From a virus (lineage: Duplodnaviria > Caudoviricetes): a stretch of 39,352 nt of DNA. The stretch's first letter is position 1, and each line of letters begins with the position of its first letter. The stretch lies in IMG/VR virus record IMGVR_UViG_3300033475_000077, positions 1 to 39,352 of that record. One strand, given 5' to 3'. This document shows positions 7,678 to 15,365 of the stretch, piece after piece. Under the pieces are notes generated by a model. The model saw nothing but the letters and a program-made list of their open reading frames with translations, searched no databases and was not told the origin of the DNA. Made by a program: the position numbers and the translations under genes.

Positions 7678-8861
7678 GCGAGACCATTGACCGGCCGGAG
7701 ACTGGCGCGCTTGTCGTCTCGGGCGTATCGCTGCCTGCACCGCGCATTCTGGGCGCCGACAAAGACAACCTTCTTGGCAAGCTCGCTGAGGATCTCGCGC
7801 AGCATAAGCCGGACGTGACGACTCCGCGCGGGAGGAAAGAGATCGCATCTCTGGCCTACAGGGTCAGCACAACGAAAGCCGAGCTGATCCGGCTCGGTAA
7901 AGGGCTAACCGAGGAGTGGCGCAAGGCCACCAAGGCGGTGAACGAGGAATGCAATGTCCTCGAAGCCAATATGGACGAGCTGCGCGACAAGGTGCGTGCT
8001 CCGCTGACCGCCTATGAGGATCGAGAGAAGGCGCGCATCAAGGGCCACGAGGATGCGCTGGACGCGATCCGCGAGAACCCAGCATGGGGACCGACCGAGA
8101 GCAGCACTGAAATTCGTAGTCGGATTGCGGCGCTCGAAAACTACCCGACCCGTAATTGGGAGGAGTTCGAGCAGAAGGCTGCTGATGCGCTCGCCAATGA
8201 ACTGCTGAGAGCCAAGGCATTCTTGATTGATGCTCTGGCGCGTGAAGAGGCAGAGATGGAAGCCGAGCGCCAGCGCCTGGAGGCTGAGGAAGCCGCTCGC
8301 GTCGCCGCCGAGAAGGCTCAGCGTGAGCGAGAGGCCCGTATCGCCGCCGAAGCCGCAGAGGCCGCCCGCGTGGCTGCTGAGGCCCGCGCTGCAGAGGCTG
8401 CGGCCATGGAGCGCCAGCGGGTCGAACGCGAGCGCTTAGACGCCGAGGACGCGCGCCGTGAGGCAGAACTTGCCGCCCAGGCCGAGATCGAGGCGATGGA
8501 GGAGGCGCGGCGCATCGAGGCAGATCGCGCACGCCAGGCGGAGGAGCGGGCGGCGAATGCCGAGCGCGAGCGGCTTGCGGCTGAGAAGCGGGCCGAGGCT
8601 GCTCGTATCGAAGCCGCCGCCCGTGCCGAGCGTGACCGTCTGGCCGCCATCGAGGCAGAGCGCGCGCGGGTCGCGGCGGAGAAGGCGGCTGAGGAGGCCG
8701 CGGCTGCCGAGCGTGCCCGCAACCTGGAGATCAAGCGCCGGGTGAATTTCGATGCGGCGGCGGCGCTGATCGTGAAGGCTGGGCTCACCGAGCAGCAGGC
8801 ACAGCGCGTCGTGATCGCGATTGCGAAGCGCGAGATTCCCGCCGTGGAGATTCGTTACTGA
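7674..8861 (+). CDS. Phage coiled-coil protein (often labelled TolA-like) of the recombination module
   Basis: DVTTPRGRKEIASLAYRV N-terminal domain, long E/A/R helix, IP.V.IRY end. Confidence 0.8.
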   Translation: MSETIDRPETGALVVSGVSLPAPRILGADKDNLLGKLAEDLAQHKPDVTTPRGRKEIASLAYRVSTTKAELIRLGKGLTEEWRKATKAVNEECNVLEANMDELRDKVRAPLTAYEDREKARIKGHEDALDAIRENPAWGPTESSTEIRSRIAALENYPTRNWEEFEQKAADALANELLRAKAFLIDALAREEAEMEAERQRLEAEEAARVAAEKAQREREARIAAEAAEAARVAAEARAAEAAAMERQRVERERLDAEDARREAELAAQAEIEAMEEARRIEADRARQAEERAANAERERLAAEKRAEAARIEAAARAERDRLAAIEAERARVAAEKAAEEAAAAERARNLEIKRRVNFDAAAALIVKAGLTEQQAQRVVIAIAKREIPAVEIRY

Positions 8862-9541
8862 TGACGATCACCGTATTTGAGGAGCTTGAGCAAGGAAGCG
8901 ACGAATGGCTATCGGCCAGGTCGGGCTTGCTCACTGCCTCGGAAATGAAACTGATACTCACGCCGACGCTGAAGCCAGCCAAAAACGAAAAGGAGAAGAC
9001 GCACCTCTTCGAACTCCTGGCGCAGCGCCTGAACAACCATGTCGAGCCGCAATACATCACTTCCGACATGCTGCGCGGCCATGAAGAAGAAATGCTGGCA
9101 CGCGAGCTTTATGCCGATAAGTATGCGCCGGTCAAAGAGGTCGGCTTCATCACGAACGATCGGTGGGGCTTCACCATCGGCTATTCGCCGGATGGGCTGG
9201 TCTATGACAACGGCCTGATCGAGTGCAAGAGCCGCCGACAGAAGTACCAAGTGCAGACGATCATCCAGAATGCGGTGCCCGAAGAATACTGGCTCCAGGT
9301 TCAAACGGGCCTTCTGGTGTCCGAGCGCGAATGGCTTGACTATGTGAGCTACAGCAACGGCATGCCCATGTTCACCCTGCGTGCCTATCCGCATCGAGAG
9401 ACGCAGGACGCCATCGTGGAAGCGGCCGAGGCTTTCGAGGAGCGCCTTGCAAAGGCGAAGCACGACTATCTGAACAATCTTAACCCTCCGGCGCGCGCTG
9501 TTCCGACAGAGCGCCGGGTCATTCAAGAGATGTTTACATGA
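8861..9541 (+). CDS. YqaJ / lambda-exonuclease family recombination nuclease
   Basis: QGSDEWLSARSGLLTAS, GHEEE, YSPDGLV, LIECKS. Confidence 0.92.
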   Translation: MTITVFEELEQGSDEWLSARSGLLTASEMKLILTPTLKPAKNEKEKTHLFELLAQRLNNHVEPQYITSDMLRGHEEEMLARELYADKYAPVKEVGFITNDRWGFTIGYSPDGLVYDNGLIECKSRRQKYQVQTIIQNAVPEEYWLQVQTGLLVSEREWLDYVSYSNGMPMFTLRAYPHRETQDAIVEAAEAFEERLAKAKHDYLNNLNPPARAVPTERRVIQEMFT

Positions 9542-10236
9542 ACGACATGAGCCGGGTGATTATCCCGAAATCTGACCAAATGAACGCGGACGATCTGATC
9601 TCTGGCCCGCGCACAATCACCATCACGGAAGTCTCCATCAAGCCCGGGACTGAGCAGCCGGTGTCCATCTTCTTTGATGGAGATGAAGGCAAGCCCTACA
9701 AGGCTTGCAAGAGCATGTGCCGCGTCATGGTTACGGCATGGGGGCCTGACGCGAACCAGTATGTCGGCCGCTCCATGACGCTCTACCGTGACCCGAGCGT
9801 GAAGTGGGGCGGCATGGCTATCGGCGGCATCCGCATCAGCCACATGTCCGACATCGAACGCGATCTGGCTATGACTCTGACGGCGACGAAAGGGAAGTGG
9901 GCGCCGTACAAGGTAAAGCCACTTCAGGCGCAGAAGCCCGCGGCGACACAGCCGAGCGCGCCTGCAACCGATCGAGTGCTCGATGGCGTCAATGCCCTGA
10001 TCGCACGCATTGCCGCCGCAGTCGACCTCGACACGTTCGCTGGCATCATGGGCGATGCCGATGTCCGCAAGCGCCGCGAATGGCTCAAGACAAATCGGCC
10101 GGAGCTGAGCGAGCAGTTGGAGGTCGCCATCAACGTCGCGACCGAGGCGCTTGCAAAGCCGATCGACAACGACGAGCCAGGCGACACAGGAGACGACGGA
10201 TGGCCTGGACCCGACACTGCGGCCGCCGCGCCATGA
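9538..10236 (+). CDS. Putative ssDNA-binding/annealing partner of the exonuclease
   Basis: Coupled to YqaJ; KSDQMNADDL...WG...GGIRISHMS; acidic tail. Confidence 0.65.
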   Translation: MNDMSRVIIPKSDQMNADDLISGPRTITITEVSIKPGTEQPVSIFFDGDEGKPYKACKSMCRVMVTAWGPDANQYVGRSMTLYRDPSVKWGGMAIGGIRISHMSDIERDLAMTLTATKGKWAPYKVKPLQAQKPAATQPSAPATDRVLDGVNALIARIAAAVDLDTFAGIMGDADVRKRREWLKTNRPELSEQLEVAINVATEALAKPIDNDEPGDTGDDGWPGPDTAAAAP

Positions 10237-10685
10237 GCACCAAAGAGAGAGACGTGCGACCGCCCGATGGCGCAGAGGATGGGAGTCATCACTGGCTTCA
10301 GTGCGATGGATATTCCGAAGCGGCCTGCATCTGGTATCGAGATGCGTGGATGATCCCAGGGCGGGGAATGTTTGCATATCCAGAAGATATGTCTGGCTGG
10401 CGCTACCTACGCCCAGCATCCCCCACCACCGACGCCGAGCTTGCCGCCGCGAGGGAGGAGATCGCGAGGCTGCGGGAGGCCGCAACAAAGCTCCTGGAGT
10501 CAGCCGATCTTGTCGAAGCGAATAGATCGGCGGCCTACAAAGCACGCAATGGCAAGACGATCAGCGTTCAAACGGACAACGGCGAGCGTGTCGACTTGGT
10601 TCATTCAGACAACACGTTCGGTCTTGCCATGGCCGCTATCGAAATGCGATCCGCCCTCAACGCCAGCGCGACGAAGGAGGGGTAG
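10233..10685 (+). CDS. Hypothetical protein
   Basis: ATGA coupling. Confidence 0.7.
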   Translation: MSTKERDVRPPDGAEDGSHHWLQCDGYSEAACIWYRDAWMIPGRGMFAYPEDMSGWRYLRPASPTTDAELAAAREEIARLREAATKLLESADLVEANRSAAYKARNGKTISVQTDNGERVDLVHSDNTFGLAMAAIEMRSALNASATKEG

Positions 10686-10868
10686 ATGAAAATCGCCAAG
10701 ATCAGATTCTACGCATTGTCGGACTGCATTTTTCTGGACACACCCTATACTGAAACAGATGAGCGCGAATTCCTCGATTGCGTGGATCATCTCAAATACT
10801 TCAGTGACGGGCCAGACGTGGAATTCGTCCGTCAGAATCTTGAAGAAGTCAGGAGCGTAATGTCATGA
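10686..10868 (+). CDS. Hypothetical protein
   Basis: AAGGAGG RBS. Confidence 0.65.
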   Translation: MKIAKIRFYALSDCIFLDTPYTETDEREFLDCVDHLKYFSDGPDVEFVRQNLEEVRSVMS

Positions 10869-11197
10869 CCGACCGCGCGGCGCTGCTGAAGCAGGCTGTC
10901 AGACGCCTTATGCGACTAGATCATCCCGAACTGCCTGACAATCAGGTTGAGCGATATCTCATTTTCCGTCGCGCGGAACTCACTGCGCATGCGGAATTCG
11001 CCCTCTCGCTCGCCGAGGCGACACGGCGAGAAGACGTGCAGCGGTGCCGTCAATTGCAAGCGTCTGGTGACGCTTTCGATGGCGAGGGCAACAGTAAAGC
11101 GTGGGCGCGCGCCGCTGAAAGCTTAGCAGACCAGATGGAAGCATGCCCCATCACGCTCCCGCCCATCGGGGATGCGGACAAGGGGAGGGTGGAGTGA
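10865..11197 (+). CDS. Hypothetical protein
   Basis: AGGAG RBS; ATGA coupling. Confidence 0.65.
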   Translation: MTDRAALLKQAVRRLMRLDHPELPDNQVERYLIFRRAELTAHAEFALSLAEATRREDVQRCRQLQASGDAFDGEGNSKAWARAAESLADQMEACPITLPPIGDADKGRVE

Positions 11198-11457
11198 TGG
11201 CGAAAGCAAGGAATTGCGTGACCATTGCAGGAATAACATCATTGGCTCTGTATGCCGTCTCGGCGGGGATATGCGCTATCCATGCAGAAAGAGAAAATGC
11301 AAAAAGCTCGATTGAGCACTTCGCTGAATATCAGCAATCTATACCTTTATGGGGAAGAGATCCTGATAGCGGGTCATTCATAATACCCGGCCTAGAGGAT
11401 GGCGGCTCCTGCACATTGCGATATGCAAACCAATGTCGCGCTCTATGGAAATCATGA
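11197..11457 (+). CDS. Small membrane-anchored protein, AT-rich
   Basis: N-terminal hydrophobic helix; TGATG coupling. Confidence 0.55.
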   Translation: MAKARNCVTIAGITSLALYAVSAGICAIHAERENAKSSIEHFAEYQQSIPLWGRDPDSGSFIIPGLEDGGSCTLRYANQCRALWKS

Positions 11458-11486
11458 ATAGAATGCACCCACACAGGAGGCCGACC

Positions 11487-12251
11487 ATGGCTGATGAAAC
11501 CGAAGCGAGGGCGGCTAAAATATACATCGCATCACGCGCGAGCATCCCCGAGAGGGCAGCAGAATGGCGCCGACTTCGTTCATCTGGATGGAAGATCGTC
11601 TCATCCTGGATTGACGAAGCAGGAGAGGGTCAAACTTCATCATTCTCCGATCTTTGGTCACGGATTCAGACTGAGGTGACAACCGCTGACAAGCTTATCC
11701 TCTATGTCGAGCCGGATGATTTCCCGCTTAAGGGCGCCTTGATCGAGGTCGGAATGGCGCTTGCCGCTGGCGTTCGGGTGGTTGTCGTATCGCCTGGCGT
11801 CACCCTAGAACCGAGGTCAATGCGTCCTATCGGATCGTGGATGGCGCATCCGCTTGTGTCGCATGCCGCAACCATGGATGAAGCGCTAGCCGCATGGACC
11901 GCACGCGCCCCGGCCCAGGATGAGCGGGGGGATGCGATTGCTGAGGGTCGCCGCCAGGGACTGGAGGAGGCTAAAGCCGTATGCGACGAGAGAGCCAATC
12001 GCGCACGAGATATGGCGCTTAGCGTGGATGCGGATGACGATCTCTCAGATGCGTTTGATAGGGACGGAGACGAAGCTTTGCGGTGCAGCAGTCTGATTGG
12101 CGATTTGATCGACGCCGACCGCGACCGCGAGGTCAAGGTGGCCGCTGAAGATCTCTGCGAGGGATGCCCACCGCCAAGTTATTCCACCAACATCACGCGG
12201 TGCGATGCGTGTCCGAGGCGCGCCGGGACGGAGGGTGCTGATGGCGGGTGA
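11487..12251 (+). CDS. Nucleoside 2-deoxyribosyltransferase / N-glycosidase-like domain fused to a phage C-terminal region
   Basis: IYIAS...WIDE...ADKLILY...GALIEVGMALAAGVRVVVV; AGGAGG RBS. Confidence 0.7.
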   Translation: MADETEARAAKIYIASRASIPERAAEWRRLRSSGWKIVSSWIDEAGEGQTSSFSDLWSRIQTEVTTADKLILYVEPDDFPLKGALIEVGMALAAGVRVVVVSPGVTLEPRSMRPIGSWMAHPLVSHAATMDEALAAWTARAPAQDERGDAIAEGRRQGLEEAKAVCDERANRARDMALSVDADDDLSDAFDRDGDEALRCSSLIGDLIDADRDREVKVAAEDLCEGCPPPSYSTNITRCDACPRRAGTEGADGG

Positions 12252-12522
12252 TGAACTATGGCTTGATGCCGCCGATACCGCGAAGCGCATGGGCCTGCGT
12301 GTCGATCAGTTGGCCCGTTACGTGCGCGCCGGCAAGCTACCGCCGGCCCATTACCACTTCGGGCCCCGTACGCCACGATGGAGCATCCCGGAGCTAGACG
12401 CCTTCACCCGCGACCGGCACAGTGAGCCCAGACCTCGCCAACACCCATCAGGGCTCGCCAATGCGCTCCTCGCCAAGTTCGAAGCGCGCCGTCAGAAAAC
12501 GGCTCGCGGACGGGACCGTTAA
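12241..12522 (+). CDS. xis: Excisionase / recombination directionality factor (AlpA-like HTH)
   Basis: WLDAADTAKRMGL...YVRAGKLPPA...PRWSIPELD directly upstream of int. Confidence 0.8.
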   Translation: MAGDELWLDAADTAKRMGLRVDQLARYVRAGKLPPAHYHFGPRTPRWSIPELDAFTRDRHSEPRPRQHPSGLANALLAKFEARRQKTARGRDR

Positions 12523-13438
12523 GACATACTACTATGATAGGAATAAGACAAAACGGGAAAGCCGCTATCAGGATGGAAGCATTGGCGCCCTGATAGTGGC
12601 CTACCAGATCAGCCCCGAATACCGCGGGCTGGCGCCTAAGACCAAGAAATCATACCAGCTCGCCCTGACTGACCTCGCTGAGCATCAACATGCCCAGGTG
12701 TCCGACTTCCGACGCCGGCACGTCCTAGAGGCCCGCGACGCCATCTCGATCGGCCGGGGTTCCGCATCCGCCAACATCTTTGTCCGCGTGGTCGGTACTC
12801 TGTTCAATTGGGCGGTCGAGCGCGAATGGATCGACTATTCACCGGTTCCGGGGATCAAGCCGCTTGCGATCGGAAACTTCCCGGTCTGGTCCGAGGATCA
12901 GGTCAAGACGGCGCTGGCCGGGCTCCCAGAGCACCTGAGACGGGTTGTGATCCTGGGGATGCATACGGGGCAAAGGAGGGGCGATCTCATCGCCCTGCCA
13001 TGGTCAGCGTTCCAAGGCGGCGTGCTGAGGCTGCTGCCAGAGAAGACGTCGCGCCCTGGCGACGCGGACCTGATCATACCCGTCCACCGAGACTTGTCCG
13101 CCGAGCTGAAGGTCTGGCCCAGGGCGGCCGATACGATCCTGACCACGCAGACGGGGCTCAGGTGGATCGGAGAGAACCTGTCGCGCGAGATGAGCAGGGA
13201 GCTACAGCGCCTCGGGCTGCCGGCCGGGCTGAACATCCATGGCCTTCGAAAGCTGGCCGCAACACGCCTGGCGCAGGCCGGATGCACAGCCCATGAGATC
13301 GCGTCCATCACCGGCCACAAGACGCTCTCGATGGTGTCGCTCTACACCCGATCGGTGGATCAGGAGCGGCTTGCCCGGGCGGCGGTTTCGCGGTTGGAGA
13401 AGGTTGACGGTTCGCGGCAAAGATCTGATCGTAAGTGA
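12461..13438 (+). CDS. int: Tyrosine integrase
   Basis: Catalytic R (TGQRRGD), K (PEKT), HGLR, GH and Y (SLYT) all present. Confidence 0.95.
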   Translation: MRSSPSSKRAVRKRLADGTVKTYYYDRNKTKRESRYQDGSIGALIVAYQISPEYRGLAPKTKKSYQLALTDLAEHQHAQVSDFRRRHVLEARDAISIGRGSASANIFVRVVGTLFNWAVEREWIDYSPVPGIKPLAIGNFPVWSEDQVKTALAGLPEHLRRVVILGMHTGQRRGDLIALPWSAFQGGVLRLLPEKTSRPGDADLIIPVHRDLSAELKVWPRAADTILTTQTGLRWIGENLSREMSRELQRLGLPAGLNIHGLRKLAATRLAQAGCTAHEIASITGHKTLSMVSLYTRSVDQERLARAAVSRLEKVDGSRQRSDRK

Positions 13439-13500
13439 TTGATATCAGTCAGTCAGATATGCTTTTTCAGAAGATCGACTTAGCCGAAATCAATGGTTTA
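13432..13500. other. Candidate attP region
   Basis: AT-rich segment right after int, bracketed by imperfect inverted repeats TAAGTGATTGAT / ATCAATGGTTTA. Confidence 0.5.
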
Positions 13501-13554
13501 GAAAAGCACTCCAGACCTGAGGTCTAGGGATTCCCTCGGATGACGCCGGAGTTT

Positions 13555-13583
13555 TTGCAACCGGAATCGCCACGTGCTAGGGT
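13555..13583 (+). promoter_or_regulatory. Sigma70-like promoter for ncRNA 1 and the tRNA
   Basis: TTGCAA-N17-TAGGGT; predicted start near 13590. Confidence 0.6.
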
Positions 13584-13589
13584 GCGTGC

Positions 13590-13780
13590 GCTGCGGTGGA
13601 GTTACCGCGTCGTGGGGCGAAGCCTAGTGTCGGGCCTAACCTGGGGCGACGGTGTATCTCGGATAGCCTTACCGCCAGATGAGAGCGCCTTACCCGGCAT
13701 TGGGGACATGCAGGCGCTTGATGGTCGCGGAGTTGAGTCGGAGTTAACGCCACTCGTAGGGTAAACCTCCGCCCGCAGCA
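13590..13780 (+). ncRNA. Unknown ornate structured RNA 1 (about 190 nt)
   Basis: Closing stem GCTGCGG/CCGCAGC, several internal hairpins, 12-bp long-range pairing; no credible ORF. Confidence 0.6.
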
Positions 13781-13856
13781 TCATCTCCCGACTCCAGGGG
13801 GAAAGAGTCGAGGCCCTGCCTATACCTCGATGCAGCCCGTGGAAGCCGGGCGAATT

Positions 13857-13930
13857 GCTGGGGTCGTATAACGGTAATATGGCTGGTTTCCACCCAGCAG
13901 ATCGGGGTTCGATTCCCCGCCCTCGCTCCA
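13857..13930 (+). tRNA. tRNA-Gly(TCC) with a 3:70 mismatch
   Basis: Cloverleaf: D arm GTAT/ATAT, anticodon arm GCTGG-TTTCCAC-CCAGC, T arm CGGGG-TTCGATT-CCCCG, U73 and encoded CCA. Confidence 0.9.
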
Positions 13931-13972
13931 ACATCCATAGACTCGTCCCGGCGAACGTGCTGCGCTCTCTCC

Positions 13973-14224
13973 ATGCGCACCGCCATAACCCTCCGCGACT
14001 GCCTCACCGCCGGGCTCACCCACCTCACGATCGAGTGCTCTCGCTGTGAGCGCCGTGGCCGCTTGAGCCTGGCGCGCCTCGTCCGTGAGCGCGGGCCCGA
14101 CGCATCGACCGGGGCTGTGATGGATAGCTTGGGAGCCGACTGCCCGAAGCGCGACGCGCTGCAGCCATGGGACCGGTGCGACCGGTTCTGCCGCGATTTG
14201 TTGGTGGTGGAGGGTCTGAGGTAG
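13973..14224 (+). CDS. Small Cys-rich (zinc-binding) protein
   Basis: IECSRCERRGRL...LVRERG...ADCP...C pattern common in alphaproteobacterial prophages. Confidence 0.75.
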   Translation: MRTAITLRDCLTAGLTHLTIECSRCERRGRLSLARLVRERGPDASTGAVMDSLGADCPKRDALQPWDRCDRFCRDLLVVEGLR

Positions 14225-14261
14225 GGATTCCGTTTCCGATTCGGGGATGGTAGAAGGAGGG

Positions 14262-14382
14262 GCTGCGGCGGGGCTGCGCGTGAAGCCCCAAGCTAACTTG
14301 GTAAGCAAACGGCCGAGGTGTTATGCGCGTTCACCTCGGTGCAGTCCTTTCTGGATGCCGGAATGGCAACCGGCCCGCAGCA
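14262..14382 (+). ncRNA. Unknown ornate structured RNA 2 (about 120 nt)
   Basis: TTCCGT-N17-TAGAAG promoter, GCTGCGG/CCGCAGC closing stem, five hairpins, 8-bp loop-loop pairing, downstream terminator. Confidence 0.6.
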
Positions 14383-14387
14383 AACAG

Positions 14388-14419
14388 CCCCACCGCAGGC
14401 AGCCCCCGGGTGGGGTTTT
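14388..14419 (+). terminator. Intrinsic terminator between convergent units
   Basis: CCCCACC...GGTGGGG followed by TTTT. Confidence 0.6.
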
Positions 14420-14424
14420 CTCAA

Positions 14425-14628
14425 TCAAACTGTCGTCATGCTTCCGATCGTCAATGTCCCGCTTGGATCGGCGCGCGCCTCTGTCCCGTCTGGAGGCGTC
14501 CACTTCGAAGCGCCATCCCACATGACAATGTTCAGGACCGTTCCCGGCTGTGCCGTGCTTGCCGATCCGTCATTGTTGATGATGGTCTTGCTGATCGTTG
14601 CGATTACAGCGTAGGGCTGCGTGGCCAT
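14425..14628 (-). CDS. Small tail-fibre-associated protein
   Basis: YAVI...G.VLNIVMWDG..WTPP.G; coupled to the Gly-rich fibre gene. Confidence 0.7.
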   Translation of the reverse strand: MATQPYAVIATISKTIINNDGSASTAQPGTVLNIVMWDGASKWTPPDGTEARADPSGTLTIGSMTTV

Positions 14629-15365
14629 TAGCTGTACTCCCAGATTATGACCAGACCAGGAGCCCCGGCGCCACTCGATGCTGCGCCAGCGCTCGGCCCT
14701 GAAGTCCCGCCGCTCCCACCAGAGCCGAAATTCTGGCCACCTATGCCTGATCCTGCGCCGACGCCGCGCCCTCCGTAGCCATAGGGGCAATTTCCGCCGT
14801 CGCCAGAGAAATAGATCGACACACTAGATGCTTCAGCCTGGCTGATTCCGCCACGCTGGCCCGTTATGGATGGAAGGTTGCCCGAAATCGTCACGGCACC
14901 ACCGGCACCACCAGCAACCACCCCAATGTTGGCTGCACCGCCGCCGCCACCCTGGCCGCCATTTGCCGCCAGGAGTGTCCCAAACGACGAATTACCACCG
15001 GTCCCACCGGTCGTTGTGCCGCTGACTGACGAACCAGCCGCCCCCACGGTAACGGCAACCCCACCGGAAAATCCGCTGGTAAAGCGTCCAGTTGCCATTC
15101 CACCTGCGCCACCACCTGCGCCAGCCGCTGCGGCAGAGGATGATGTAGAGGGAGAACCGCCACCCGCTCCACCGCCGCCGAGCGCCATGGCAATAATGGA
15201 GTTCGTCCCCGCCGTCGGCGTGTATGTGCCAGAGGAGGTGAAGATCTGGACGTTGAGGAGGAGCCCCGATGGCGTTGTCGGCGTCGGGAAATCGAACGCC
15301 GCTTGCCAGTCTTCAAGTGTCGGGACATATCCATCCGTCCACTCGCTGGGAGGTACAGCGGTCAT
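14628..15365 (-). CDS. Glycine-rich tail fibre / minor tail protein
   Basis: FTSSGTYTP, GGGGAGG repeats, GAPGLVIIWEY end. Confidence 0.85.
   Translation of the reverse strand: MTAVPPSEWTDGYVPTLEDWQAAFDFPTPTTPSGLLLNVQIFTSSGTYTPTAGTNSIIAMALGGGGAGGGSPSTSSSAAAAGAGGGAGGMATGRFTSGFSGGVAVTVGAAGSSVSGTTTGGTGGNSSFGTLLAANGGQGGGGGAANIGVVAGGAGGAVTISGNLPSITGQRGGISQAEASSVSIYFSGDGGNCPYGYGGRGVGAGSGIGGQNFGSGGSGGTSGPSAGAASSGAGAPGLVIIWEYS

Noticed and set aside
8250-8720. Repetitive GAG/GCC/CGC-rich DNA as a repeat array
   Set aside because: Explained by the E/A/R-rich helical protein; no fixed-period nucleotide repeat
13471-13498. dif-like site: AAGATCGACTT resembles the XerC arm of the Caulobacter dif as I recall it
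   Set aside because: The XerD arm (TTATGT...) is absent and the phage has its own integrase
13540-14049. Short ORFs overlapping RNA 1 and the tRNA
   Set aside because: No RBS or motifs, and they overlap a clear tRNA and structured RNA
14259-14394. tmRNA or tRNA-Ala
   Set aside because: No G3-U70 pair, no TTCG T-loop, no CCA and no tag reading frame; kept only as an unknown ncRNA
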